A stretch of DNA of 64,000 nucleotides from positions 31,808 to 95,807 of the forward strand of contig JASLYC010000063.1 of the NCBI GenBank assembly GCA_030739975.1, written 5' to 3'. This document shows, one piece after another, positions 42,992 to 52,795 of this stretch. This stretch comes from Gammaproteobacteria bacterium (GTDB lineage: Bacteria > Pseudomonadota > Gammaproteobacteria > PS1 > Pseudothioglobaceae). Below the pieces are notes generated by a model. The model did no database searches. It had not been told where the DNA came from and saw nothing but the letters and a program-made list of their open reading frames with translations. A program made the position numbers and the translations under genes. How positions within the stretch are numbered: position 1 is the first letter of the stretch; each line of letters opens with the position of its first letter.

Positions 42992-44023
42992 ATGAACAAG
43001 CTTGAAAAATTATTACAACAAAAGCCCTACATTCTAGCTGATGGAGCTACAGGCACCAATCTATTTTCTATGGGACTTCAGGCAGGAGACCCACCCGAGC
43101 CATGGAATATTCTACACACAGAAAGGGTTCGCAAACTGCATCAAGGCTTTGTTGATTCTGGTTCTGATATATTTTTAACAAACAGTTTTGGCTGTACATC
43201 ATTTCGTCTTAGACTGCACAAATTTGAAAAGCAAGTATTTGATCTTAATATGGCTGCTGCAAAAATTGCACGAGAAGTTGCCGATAGCACTGATAGGACT
43301 GTTATTGTAGCCGGCTCTATGGGCCCTACTGGGGAGATGATAGAGCCACATGGATCTATGACTACAAAGGAGGCAATGTTAGCTTTCCGAGAGCAGGCAG
43401 AGGGTTTGGTTGAAGGAGGAGTTGATGCGCTTTGGCTTGAAACTATGTATTCTATTGAAGAACTAGAGGTTGCGGTTGAAGCGGTACAAGGTTTTAATCT
43501 GCCCGTTTGTGCTACTATGAGCTTTGATACTGCTGGCAAAACAATGATGGGATTTACTCCGTCTAATCTAGCTGTTAGAGCTGAAGAATTGGGACTCTTT
43601 GGTTTTGGTGCAAATTGCGGTGTTGGAGCTTCAGATTTATTAGCCACAATTACAGATATAAGTCGAAATGTTGAAAAAGGAAAAACAGTTATAGCAAAAG
43701 CCAATTGCGGAATTCCAGAGTATCGTAATGGAGAAATTGTGTACACAGGTACAGAGTCTTTGATGGCAGATTATGTGCACCTCGCGCTTAATTCAGGAGC
43801 TAAAATAGTGGGCGGCTGTTGTGGTACAACATTCAGACATGTTGCAGCTATGAGAAAGGCAATGGATGAACATCAAATGGGGAGTCCGCCAAGCATAGAT
43901 GAGGTTATTGATAGAATGGGAGAGATGTCTCAAGGGTCCAAGTCTATATATTCCAATAAGACACATAACCCAACTAACCAAAGAAGCAGAAGGAGACATA
44001 AAAAGCAAAATAATTCCAATTAA
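42992..44023 (+). CDS. Homocysteine S-methyltransferase-domain protein, probable betaine-homocysteine methyltransferase
   Basis: 343 aa with ADGATGTNL at the N-terminus, a Zn-binding Cys in GANCG, and GGCCGT near the C-terminus (Pfam S-methyl_trans pattern). It carries an unusual basic tail NQRSRRRHKKQNNSN. The betaine assignment is from context only. Confidence 0.7.
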   Translation: MNKLEKLLQQKPYILADGATGTNLFSMGLQAGDPPEPWNILHTERVRKLHQGFVDSGSDIFLTNSFGCTSFRLRLHKFEKQVFDLNMAAAKIAREVADSTDRTVIVAGSMGPTGEMIEPHGSMTTKEAMLAFREQAEGLVEGGVDALWLETMYSIEELEVAVEAVQGFNLPVCATMSFDTAGKTMMGFTPSNLAVRAEELGLFGFGANCGVGASDLLATITDISRNVEKGKTVIAKANCGIPEYRNGEIVYTGTESLMADYVHLALNSGAKIVGGCCGTTFRHVAAMRKAMDEHQMGSPPSIDEVIDRMGEMSQGSKSIYSNKTHNPTNQRSRRRHKKQNNSN

Positions 44024-44130
44024 ATCAATCATATGCATGTTTCTTACAATATACAAAAGTTTTTTGCTTCAGTTATAAAACTATGTGATATGATTTAATT
44101 AAGAAAATTAAAAGGCAACTAATTAGTAAA

Positions 44131-44757
44131 ATGAAGGGCGTTTCAATAATTGACAAGGACCTGCCAAGTTTTGGCAAAGACAAGCATCTTGAGGCATCTA
44201 TAGGTATGCAGGTACGCAATAACCGTAAGAAAATGGGCGTAACACTTCAGCAACTATCTAAACAGTCTAGCTTGTCATCTAGCATGCTATCTAAAATTGA
44301 GAATGGACAAATCAGTGCATCTCTTAAAACTATCCAGGCTATCTGTCACTCATTAAACATTTCGATTAGCAGCCTTTTTAAGCATTTTGAGACTGACGTA
44401 GAACCAACATTTGTTTCATCTGGTAATGGACTAACAATTGAAAGAGGGGGTACCTCGTCGGGCCGACATTATCAACTATTGGGCCACACTATAGGTAGTT
44501 CATTGAAAGTAGAACCGTGCCTTATAACTATAAATAAAAGCAACTACAAATTTCCAGAGTTTCAGCATAAAGGGGTAGAGTTCATTTATATGCTTGAGGG
44601 TAGTATGGATTATTATTATGGAAAAAAGATTTACCGATTTAACAAAGGTGACTCGTTATATTTCGATTCAGATACCCCACATGGCCCTAAAAAAATTATC
44701 ACATCTGAGTGCCAGTTTCTGGCTGTAATATGTTCATCTGGCTCTGAAGTACTTTGA
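44131..44757 (+). CDS. XRE-family HTH regulator with a C-terminal cupin domain
   Basis: 208 aa with an HTH (MGVTLQQLSKQSSLSSSMLSKIENGQ) and a cupin-like C-terminus (GVEFIYMLEGSMDYYYG...GDSLYFDSDTPHGP). Confidence 0.85.
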   Translation: MKGVSIIDKDLPSFGKDKHLEASIGMQVRNNRKKMGVTLQQLSKQSSLSSSMLSKIENGQISASLKTIQAICHSLNISISSLFKHFETDVEPTFVSSGNGLTIERGGTSSGRHYQLLGHTIGSSLKVEPCLITINKSNYKFPEFQHKGVEFIYMLEGSMDYYYGKKIYRFNKGDSLYFDSDTPHGPKKIITSECQFLAVICSSGSEVL

Positions 44758-44884
44758 ACATTAGCCTACTTACTACTGCTCCAAGTATTAGCCCTCATAG
44801 CCCAACCAGTTAAAACTATAAGAACTTAATAAACTTAGAAAGATTTATAGTATATTAATGTTTCTTAATAATAAAAAATATTTC

Positions 44885-44914
44885 TTGACAAGATAATATA
44901 TCTTCGGGTATAGT
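44885..44914 (+). promoter_or_regulatory. Candidate sigma70 promoter (TTGACA-18-TATAGT) for the gmaS-mgs operon, with an AGATA-N3-TATCT inverted repeat in the spacer
   Basis: TTGACA at 44885-44890 and TATAGT at 44909-44914. This would give a leader of about 150 nt before gmaS. Confidence 0.4.
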
Positions 44915-45065
44915 TACCCTGTAAATTACAAAAAAGCTATGAATTAGTGGTTTGGTATTGCTTCAATAGTGGCATATCGAAAGGTTTTCTGTTTCAAATG
45001 CTGGATATTGTTAATTTAAAGTATTTGCAATGTAAAGACATTATTTTATTTTTTGAGGAGAGTAT

Positions 45066-46544
45066 ATGACTGATCTAGAACAACACGTAAATGAGCCAGG
45101 AAGAGATAAGCTCGTTAAACAGGTAAAAGATAAAATTGACAAGTTAGGCGTTACCTATGTTTACTATCAATTTGTTTCTGTAACGGGAAGGATTGTGGGC
45201 AAGGGTATTCCTGCACGTCATTGGGAGCGTTTATCAGAAAAAGGTTTCCAATTAGTTTACGGTTCAACTGCAAACTTATTTATTGATCGTCATGGAGACT
45301 ACATAGGCTACGGTCCAGAAGCATCAGAACTTGTAGGTATCCCAGACCCGGATACTTTTTGCCAACTACCTTGGGACAAAAAAGTTGCACGTGTTTTTTG
45401 TAGGCTTTATAGAAACCGTGAGGAGAGAGATAACCCAGGTGCAGCATTAACTTCTGATTGCCGAGGAAATCTTTACAGACAGCACAAAGAGTTCCAAGAC
45501 CAATACGGACTAGATATGCGTTGTGGTACTGAGCCAGAAATGATGTGGCTTAAGCGCGGAGAAGACGGTATGCCGAATGGTGGAGTAACCAAACCAAATT
45601 GTTACCATATCGATCAGTTTGAAGAGTTGAGACCAGTATTTATGAAGGTTATAGAATATTCGGAGCAAATGGGTCTTGATATTATTCAGGGAGACCACGA
45701 AGATGCACCTGGCCAGTTAGAGCTTAATACACAATTCGATGATGTATTACGTAACGCAGACCGTTTAACTACTTATCGTCAAATCTGCGCACAAGTTGCC
45801 CGTGAATTTGGCCTGATAGCATGCTTTATGAGTAAGCCATTTATGGGAGTATCGGCTTCAGGATGTCACCACAATATGTCTTTATGGAAGGGAGGCAAGG
45901 ATGTATTCCATCCAGAGATAGCTTCTGGCGATGGAGAGCTACCCGGCATGCCTGGATGCTTTACTTATAAGGAAGGTGGCCAAAATACTTTCATGCCAGA
46001 TCCGTCAATTGACGAAAAAATGCCTGGCCCTATAGGATTAAATTCAATCGGCGGAGTTATAAAACACCTTCCGGCATTGACTTCAATTGGTTCTTCTACA
46101 GTAAACTCTTATCGCCGTCTATGGGATACAGGTTTTTGGGCTCCAATTTTTGCTGACTGGGGTTATCAAAACCGTACTTGTGCGCTTAGGGTTTCTGCAC
46201 CAGGACGTTTCGAATATCGATCAGTTGACTCAATGGTAAACCCTTACTTGATGGGTTCAGCACTGCTAAAAGCTATGGGAGACGGTATAGACAATGATAT
46301 CGATGCTGGCGAGGCTGAAGAGCGCAATATTTATGAAGCCATGGAGGCAGGTAAAAATGTTACTAAGTTGCCTATGTCTTTAGGTGATGCAATGAATGAA
46401 CTTGCAAACGATGAAGTTATTAAATCTGCAATGCCAGATGAAATGTATAAGGTTTATAGCCACTATAAGAACGACGAGTGGGAGAGGTTTAACCATACAG
46501 TTACTGATTGGGATATGGAAACCTATATTGACTGTTTACCTTAA
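45066..46544 (+). CDS. gmaS: Glutamine-synthetase-family ligase, probable gamma-glutamylmethylamide synthetase
   Basis: 492 aa with the GS beta-grasp and catalytic domain (GTEPEMMW, HHNMSLW, NSYRRL). Lies immediately upstream of the three-gene N-methylglutamate synthase set. Assignment comes from family plus context. Confidence 0.75.
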   Translation: MTDLEQHVNEPGRDKLVKQVKDKIDKLGVTYVYYQFVSVTGRIVGKGIPARHWERLSEKGFQLVYGSTANLFIDRHGDYIGYGPEASELVGIPDPDTFCQLPWDKKVARVFCRLYRNREERDNPGAALTSDCRGNLYRQHKEFQDQYGLDMRCGTEPEMMWLKRGEDGMPNGGVTKPNCYHIDQFEELRPVFMKVIEYSEQMGLDIIQGDHEDAPGQLELNTQFDDVLRNADRLTTYRQICAQVAREFGLIACFMSKPFMGVSASGCHHNMSLWKGGKDVFHPEIASGDGELPGMPGCFTYKEGGQNTFMPDPSIDEKMPGPIGLNSIGGVIKHLPALTSIGSSTVNSYRRLWDTGFWAPIFADWGYQNRTCALRVSAPGRFEYRSVDSMVNPYLMGSALLKAMGDGIDNDIDAGEAEERNIYEAMEAGKNVTKLPMSLGDAMNELANDEVIKSAMPDEMYKVYSHYKNDEWERFNHTVTDWDMETYIDCLP

Positions 46545-46577
46545 CTTTTAAATAAATTTTAAGTTAATTAATTTTAA

Positions 46578-46599
46578 TGCTTCTCACCACAGAGAAGCA
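46578..46599 (+). terminator. Intra-operon stem-loop between gmaS and mgsA (possible attenuator)
   Basis: TGCTTCTC-ACCACA-GAGAAGCA followed by CTTTT. Confidence 0.4.
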
Positions 46600-46618
46600 C
46601 TTTTAGAGGAGATTTGTT

Positions 46619-47557
46619 ATGTGTGGTATTGTTGGATTAATCCATAAAAAGAGCGATAAAAATGAAAATATAGGCGCTCAAATGACTTCAATGCTTCAAG
46701 CTTTGAAGCATAGAGGTCCAGACTCAACTGGTTATGCAGTTTATGGGGAGGACACAGGCAACCAAATTGTAAGGTTTAAGGTTGCAGAGGGAGCTGACTT
46801 AGAGGGAAGTTATGATATTCATGCCGAAATAAATGAAAGAATAAAGACTGTTGACTCTCGCTTAAAGCAGCTTGGAGTTAAGATTGTTAGTAAAGAATCT
46901 GCTACTGAGTATGCCCATAGATACGAGATTGAGTTCTCTGGAGACATGAAAAAAGTTGCAGACTTTATCGAAGACATTGAGGGTGTCGAGATACTATCTA
47001 TAGGAAATTCGCTAGAGCTTATAAAAGATCTTGGCGATGCTAGTGTTGTTGCTGACCAGTACGGTCTGAATAATTTTGACGGTACTCATGGCATAGGACA
47101 CACCAGAATGGCGACAGAGTCAGACGTTGATATTCGTTCAGCTCACCCCTACTGGGCTTACCCATTTAGCGATATTTCAGTTGTACATAATGGGCAATTA
47201 ACAAACTATTGGACTAACAGACGTGCATTAGAAAACAAAGGCCACAGATTTTCTTCTAACTGTGACTCAGAGCTTATAGCTGTTTATATTGCAGACAGAA
47301 TGAATGATGGTGCTGAGTTAGAAGAGGCTATGAGAGATTCAGTAGAATATTTGGATGGTGTTTTTACATATCTTGTCGCTACTAAAGATCAATTAGGAAT
47401 GGCTAAAGATGTTATGGCAGCAAAACCAATGGTAGTTTATGAGGGTGATGACATGATTGCATTGGCATCTGAAGAGGTTGCAATTAGAACGTTATTTGAT
47501 CATCGCATTGAAACATTTGACCCATATCACGGAGAGGTAAAAGTATGGCAACATTAA
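46619..47557 (+). CDS. mgsA: N-methylglutamate synthase subunit A (class-II glutamine amidotransferase-like)
   Basis: 312 aa with the Ntn-type MCGIVG N-terminus and the GmaS/MgsABC gene order. Confidence 0.8.
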   Translation: MCGIVGLIHKKSDKNENIGAQMTSMLQALKHRGPDSTGYAVYGEDTGNQIVRFKVAEGADLEGSYDIHAEINERIKTVDSRLKQLGVKIVSKESATEYAHRYEIEFSGDMKKVADFIEDIEGVEILSIGNSLELIKDLGDASVVADQYGLNNFDGTHGIGHTRMATESDVDIRSAHPYWAYPFSDISVVHNGQLTNYWTNRRALENKGHRFSSNCDSELIAVYIADRMNDGAELEEAMRDSVEYLDGVFTYLVATKDQLGMAKDVMAAKPMVVYEGDDMIALASEEVAIRTLFDHRIETFDPYHGEVKVWQH

Positions 47558-48387
47558 CTAAGGATAAGTCCCATGAAATGGGGCTACATGAGGAAGCCTT
47601 ATTAGGGCGCACACAGCAACGTTTTTTCTCTGCAGAGGAGAGCGAAAACTTTACATATTATCATTCATTTGATGTGGATATAAAGAAGTCCGCTTCAATC
47701 GATGCTCAGGAATTAACCCCTAGAGAAATAAACCGCCAGATAAGAGAGTTGATGCAGCAGGGGGTTGGCGATATAACAATAGATAATCCAATGTCGCGTC
47801 ATGGAGTTGGTGTAGGAATCCTGAACAGAGTTAACCTAACATTTACTGACAGTTTAGGGTACTTCGGTTGTGGTCTAATTGATGGCCCGAATATCCACAT
47901 AAAGGGCAGAGTAGGATGGTCATGTGGTGAAAATATGATGGCCGGAACAGTAGTCATTGATAGCAACGCCGGATCAACTTTTGGGGCAGCTATTCGTGGC
48001 GGAGATTTGGTCTGTAGAGGAAGTGTTGGCGCCAGAACTGGAATCGACCAAAAGGGAGGAACTATTATTGTTGGTGGCGATACTGGGGCTTTTTCTGGAT
48101 TTATGATGCAGCGCGGACGTATGATTGTTTGTGGCGATGCAGGAATGAATCTTGGAGATTCTATGTATGACGGAACTATTTATGTTGGCGGTGAGGTTGA
48201 AGAACTTGGTGTTGACTGTGTTCCTGGAGAAATGACAGAGCTGGATATTCGCTATCTTTCTTCAAAATTAGATTTATATGGCATCAAAACCCCTAATGGA
48301 GTTGAAAAGATGAACAAGTATGTTTCAGGTAAGCAACTCTGGAACTATGACAAGCTAGAGCCACATGAGAAGAAACTGGTTCTTTAG
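47545..48387 (+). CDS. mgsB: N-methylglutamate synthase subunit B (GXGXG-repeat, GltB C-terminal-domain-like)
   Basis: 280 aa with repeated GxxGxxG beta-helix motifs (GSVGARTGIDQKGGTIIVGGDTGAFSGFMMQRGRMIVCGDAG). Overlaps mgsA by 13 nt. Confidence 0.8.
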   Translation: MATLTKDKSHEMGLHEEALLGRTQQRFFSAEESENFTYYHSFDVDIKKSASIDAQELTPREINRQIRELMQQGVGDITIDNPMSRHGVGVGILNRVNLTFTDSLGYFGCGLIDGPNIHIKGRVGWSCGENMMAGTVVIDSNAGSTFGAAIRGGDLVCRGSVGARTGIDQKGGTIIVGGDTGAFSGFMMQRGRMIVCGDAGMNLGDSMYDGTIYVGGEVEELGVDCVPGEMTELDIRYLSSKLDLYGIKTPNGVEKMNKYVSGKQLWNYDKLEPHEKKLVL

Positions 48388-48421
48388 TAGTCACTTTTAT
48401 AATTAATACAAAGGAAATATC

Positions 48422-49762
48422 ATGAGTAAAGAAATAGATGACACTTCAAACTTAGGTAAAAGCTTTATCTTTCCTAAGGAAGTGATGAACGATATCCATA
48501 TTAAGTCTGATTTGGGTAGGTACAGAATGAGAGGTTTCTCTCTATTTAAGAAGATACCTTCTTGGGACGAATTAACTTTTATGCCTGGAACTCTTACAAG
48601 GTTTGTTATTGAAGGATACAGAGAAAAGTGTTTAACTAAAACTATTATAGGCCCAGAGGCGCCACGCCCACTTGAGTTAGATATACCTATCTATATCACA
48701 GGTATGAGCTTTGGTGCACTGAGCTATGAGGCTAAAACAGCACTAGCTCGTGGAGCCACTATGGCCGGAACAGCTACATGTTCTGGAGAGGGAGGTATGA
48801 TACCTGATGAGAGGCGCTATTCAAGTAAATGGCTATATCAATGTATCCAGTCACGTTATGGTTTTAATCCGAATCACTTAAGGCTAGCTGACGGTGTAGA
48901 GTTTTTCATTGGACAGGGCTGTAAGGTAGGCTTAGGAGGTCACTTGATGGGTCAAAAAGTTACTGACCAGGTTGCGGAAATGAGATCTTTGCCTGCAGGT
49001 ATTGACCAACGCTCACCTGCAAGACACCCTGACTGGCTTGGTCCTGATGACTTGGCACTTAAAATTGAAGAGATACGTGAAGCGACAGACGGACAAATAC
49101 CAATACAGTTGAAGCTTGGAGCTGCTCGTGTATATGACGATGTACGTATGGCTGCAAAAACAGGCTGTGACAGTATCTATATTGACGGCATGGAAGGCGG
49201 AACTGGTGCTGGTCCACACCTAGCAACAGAGGAGACAGGAGTGCCAGGAATTGCCGCTATACGTCAAGCACGTAAAGCGATTGATGATGTTGGCATGAAT
49301 GGCAAAATCAGTCTAATATATGCTGGAGGTATTCGTAACGGCGCAGATGTGGCTAAAGCTATAGCACTAGGCGCAGACGCAATAGCTATAGGTCATTCAG
49401 CTATGATGGCACTTAACTGTAACAGAGATACCCCTGAGGCTGACTACGAGGGTGAGATGGGTGTAAGGCCTGGAGAGTGTTACCACTGTCATACTGGCCG
49501 TTGTACTGTTGGTGTTGCTACTCAGGACCCTGAGTTAAGGAAACGCCTCGACCCAGATTTAGCTGCAGAACGTGTGTATAACTTTTTACACACATTAGCT
49601 ATAGAGTGCCAGATGTTTGCACGTGCTTGCGGTAAGACTAATGTACATTCTTTAGAGCCTGAAGATTTAGCTGCACTAACAATGGAAGCTTCAGCTTGTG
49701 CACAGGTTCCTATTGCTGGCTCGCAATATACTGTTGGTCGTCCAGACATGACACGTTACTAA
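48422..49762 (+). CDS. mgsC: N-methylglutamate synthase subunit C (FMN-dependent glutamate-synthase domain)
   Basis: 446 aa with a GltB FMN-domain pattern (ITGMSFGALS, IDGMEGGTGAGP, GGIRNGADVAKAIALGADA). Confidence 0.82.
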   Translation: MSKEIDDTSNLGKSFIFPKEVMNDIHIKSDLGRYRMRGFSLFKKIPSWDELTFMPGTLTRFVIEGYREKCLTKTIIGPEAPRPLELDIPIYITGMSFGALSYEAKTALARGATMAGTATCSGEGGMIPDERRYSSKWLYQCIQSRYGFNPNHLRLADGVEFFIGQGCKVGLGGHLMGQKVTDQVAEMRSLPAGIDQRSPARHPDWLGPDDLALKIEEIREATDGQIPIQLKLGAARVYDDVRMAAKTGCDSIYIDGMEGGTGAGPHLATEETGVPGIAAIRQARKAIDDVGMNGKISLIYAGGIRNGADVAKAIALGADAIAIGHSAMMALNCNRDTPEADYEGEMGVRPGECYHCHTGRCTVGVATQDPELRKRLDPDLAAERVYNFLHTLAIECQMFARACGKTNVHSLEPEDLAALTMEASACAQVPIAGSQYTVGRPDMTRY

Positions 49763-49784
49763 TTAAATTGAATTGGGAGATATT

Positions 49785-50171
49785 ATGAGTAATAAAGAGG
49801 AAGGATATTTTATTGATACGGATGGTCTAGACACTGATCGCGAACAAGAAATAGGACAACATATTGGATATAGATATGATGTTAACTTGGTACCTGATCT
49901 TAAGTACATTACGCCATTCTTACAAAAATATATTGATATTATGGGATGGAAAGATCTTAACTGGTTAGAGGATATTCATATGGGTTATGAAGAAGATCAT
50001 GCTGCTGTTTTTGATAGAAACATTAACGGTTGGGTTACAGTGCCAGATAATATAAAGCTACCAGACAATCAGCAGGAACGCGATATGATTGCAAGGGAGC
50101 TGTTAGTTAAGTTCCAAATGTCTGAGCAACATCCAATGGTTGACTTGAATGATGCTTATCGCAAATTTTAG
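49785..50171 (+). CDS. Acidic 128-aa protein of unknown function embedded in the methylamine cluster
   Basis: ATG at 49785 preceded by a GGGAGA RBS; the ORF-track TTG at 49773 is less likely. It has no signal peptide or TM helix. I recognise no family. Confidence 0.6.
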   Translation: MSNKEEGYFIDTDGLDTDREQEIGQHIGYRYDVNLVPDLKYITPFLQKYIDIMGWKDLNWLEDIHMGYEEDHAAVFDRNINGWVTVPDNIKLPDNQQERDMIARELLVKFQMSEQHPMVDLNDAYRKF

Positions 50172-50212
50172 TAAAAGACTACTTGTAGTGATGGTTAGTT
50201 TTATCTAGTTTT

Positions 50213-50241
50213 CAGCGCCTTTACCCTTTTTTTTGGCGCTG
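50213..50241 (+). terminator. Stem-loop CAGCGCC-15 nt-GGCGCTG after the unknown gene
   Basis: 7-bp GC-rich stem whose T-run lies inside the loop rather than after it, so its terminator function is uncertain. Confidence 0.35.
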
Positions 50242-50311
50242 TAAACTATTTAATTTTTTTAAAAAAAAGTTACTAGAGTCTAATTTTTTTGGGGATATTT
50301 TAGAATCTATA

Positions 50312-52612
50312 ATGAAAGTATCGACTGTTAGATATGAAGAGAATTTAGAAACCTACCAAATTTATGGAGGTGAGTCTCTGTCTATTGAAATTGACAATGG
50401 AGATCATGTTGAGATAGTTGATGTTGAGGGGGACCAGCCCTGCACCTTGTTGGCCCTTGATATGAATGGCTCTAGCATAATTGAGTCACTAAGCTGGAAA
50501 ACAAAACCAATACAGAAAAACGATCACCTGACTGAAAAAAATCTATCTAATTCAGCAAATGCAATATTAAAGAAAAAAAATATTACCCTAAAAGGTTTAA
50601 CCAGTATAGATTTGTTTGATAAAAACAGTCCTGCCGACACTAGTCAGTCTTTTGGCATTAACAAAGAAGGTATGTGTGTCATAAGCGCATCTGGTGGGCC
50701 GATGGTGGTAGATGAACAGAATAGCCCAACAGAAATATTGATAAATATTACTAGGGCTAAACCAATAAAGAGCTCCGAGAGACTTCCAGAACCACTAGCA
50801 GAGCCGCTTTCTGAGATTAGAATTAATAATAGTACTGCCAAATCTTACACTGTTAAGGCTGGCGAGTATATTCAAATAATTGACGTTGAAGGTAGGCAAT
50901 GTTCTGACTTCCAGGCATTCCCAGTCGAAGACTTAAAAAACGGTATAGTTACCTCAATTGATCCAACGGTGACTAGATCTATTATGGGTTCAAGTTACCC
51001 TGCTCCAGGTGTTTTTGATAAGTTTTATAACCAAAACTCAGAGCCATTAGTTGAAGTTATGCATGACACTGTATGTAGGCATGATACTTTTGGTTTGGCT
51101 TGTAACTCAAAATATTATGATGATAAGGGTTACCCCGGACACATCAGTTGTACTGAAAACTTCAACAAAGCTCTACATAAATATAGCATTGAACCTAGGC
51201 TTAATTGGGTGGCAGTAAATTTTTTCTTTAACACTAACATTGAAGAATGCCACACTGTATCTTCTGACGTCTCTTGGTCAAGGCCTGGCGACTATGTACT
51301 ATTAAGGGCCATGACAGATCTAGTCTGTGTTTCTTCTGCATGCCCCGATGATACATCCCCTGTAAATGGATGGAACCCTACTGATATTCATGTAAGGGTG
51401 TATGATAAATCTAATAAATTTTCTTCTGCTATGGCTTTTAGGCCAGACCCACAAACAATTCCTACTATGACAAAAAATACCGGATTCCACAAAAACACTG
51501 AAAAATTAACCAGAAACTTTATTGAATATAACGGCTACTGGTTAGCATCTGATTACAACAATCTTGGACAGATAAAAGAGTACTGGCAATGTCGCGAAGG
51601 AGTAGTAATGATAGACTTGTCACCTCTTAGAAAGTTTGAAGTATATGGGCCAGATGCTGAGGCATTGATGCAGTATGCTATAACTAGAGATGTGCGCAAG
51701 CTTTCTGTTGGTCAAATTGTCTATACTGCAATGTGCTACGATAACGGCTGTATGGTTGATGATGGTACCTTGTACCGCTTATGTAATGACACTTTTAGAT
51801 GGATTGGCGGGTGTGATGAGGGTGGCAAGCATTTAAGAAAGATAGCTAAAAACAGAAATCTAAATGCTTGGGTTAAGTCATCAACAGATCAGTTGCACAA
51901 TGTAGCTGTTCAAGGGCCAAAAAGTAGAGAAACTTTAGCAAAAATTATTTGGACTTCTAAGACACAAACAACAATTGAGGAGCTTAAGTGGTTCCGTTTA
52001 ACTGTTGGCAGAATTGGTGGAGAGTTTGGAATACCTGTAATGGTTTCACGTACCGGATACTCAGGAGAGCTTGGATATGAAGTTTTTGCCCATCCAAAGG
52101 ACTGTGAAGCTGTTTGGGATGCTATAGCTGATGCTGGGGAAGAGTTTAATATATGCCCACTAGGGCTAGATGCTCTCGATATGCTTAGAATTGAATCGGG
52201 GTTAATTTTTGCTGGTTATGAGTTTTGTGATCAAACAGACCCATTTGAAGCGGGGATATCATTTACAGTTCCTTTAAAGACTAAAGACGAAGATTTTAGC
52301 GGTAAAGACGAACTAATTAAACGAAAAAACTCCCCACAGAGGTCTCTTGTTGGGATAGAATTGGATGTTAATGAGGTTGCTGAGCATGGCGACGGCGTAT
52401 ATGTTGGCAAGCAACAGGTCGGAGTTGTGACTAGTGCGACTCGGTCACCTATTTTGAAAAAGAATATTGCGCTGTGTCGAATTTCAGTTTCAGAGTCTGA
52501 AATAGGCAATAAAGTTGAAGTTGGTAAATTAGATGGACATCATAAGCGGTTAGCTGCCGAGGTTGTTAGTTTTCCGTTTTATGACCCAGAGAAAACAAGA
52601 GTTAGAATGTAG
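50312..52612 (+). CDS. tdm: Trimethylamine-N-oxide demethylase (DUF1989 domain fused to a GcvT-type tetrahydrofolate-binding aminomethyltransferase domain)
   Basis: 766 aa. The N-terminal half has the DUF1989-like motif (VKAGEYIQIIDVEGRQCSDFQAF). The C-terminal half is GcvT-like (VVMIDLSPLRKFEVYGPDA, RTGYSGELGYEVF, ESGL). This domain architecture and size match described Tdm. Neighbours are tmoXWV and tmm. Confidence 0.82.
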   Translation: MKVSTVRYEENLETYQIYGGESLSIEIDNGDHVEIVDVEGDQPCTLLALDMNGSSIIESLSWKTKPIQKNDHLTEKNLSNSANAILKKKNITLKGLTSIDLFDKNSPADTSQSFGINKEGMCVISASGGPMVVDEQNSPTEILINITRAKPIKSSERLPEPLAEPLSEIRINNSTAKSYTVKAGEYIQIIDVEGRQCSDFQAFPVEDLKNGIVTSIDPTVTRSIMGSSYPAPGVFDKFYNQNSEPLVEVMHDTVCRHDTFGLACNSKYYDDKGYPGHISCTENFNKALHKYSIEPRLNWVAVNFFFNTNIEECHTVSSDVSWSRPGDYVLLRAMTDLVCVSSACPDDTSPVNGWNPTDIHVRVYDKSNKFSSAMAFRPDPQTIPTMTKNTGFHKNTEKLTRNFIEYNGYWLASDYNNLGQIKEYWQCREGVVMIDLSPLRKFEVYGPDAEALMQYAITRDVRKLSVGQIVYTAMCYDNGCMVDDGTLYRLCNDTFRWIGGCDEGGKHLRKIAKNRNLNAWVKSSTDQLHNVAVQGPKSRETLAKIIWTSKTQTTIEELKWFRLTVGRIGGEFGIPVMVSRTGYSGELGYEVFAHPKDCEAVWDAIADAGEEFNICPLGLDALDMLRIESGLIFAGYEFCDQTDPFEAGISFTVPLKTKDEDFSGKDELIKRKNSPQRSLVGIELDVNEVAEHGDGVYVGKQQVGVVTSATRSPILKKNIALCRISVSESEIGNKVEVGKLDGHHKRLAAEVVSFPFYDPEKTRVRM

Positions 52613-52795
52613 TTTTCTTTGGTATGGTACTTTCTTATGGCTTAATAATAGCCTAAGATAGTGGTTTGGTTAAAAATATATATATGTATATGTTTTTTAT
52701 GTGTTTTTTAATCAATAATTGGTTTGATTTCTGCTAATGATTATTTTTTGTCATTATTAGAAATCAAAAAAAACAACTAAAAGAAGGAGAAAAAA

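Noticed and set aside
44915-45065. Long (about 150 nt) putative leader of gmaS, considered as a possible glutamine or other riboswitch.
   Set aside because: I could not find the conserved glnA-RNA core or any convincing conserved pseudoknot or stem structure. The promoter assignment itself is tentative.
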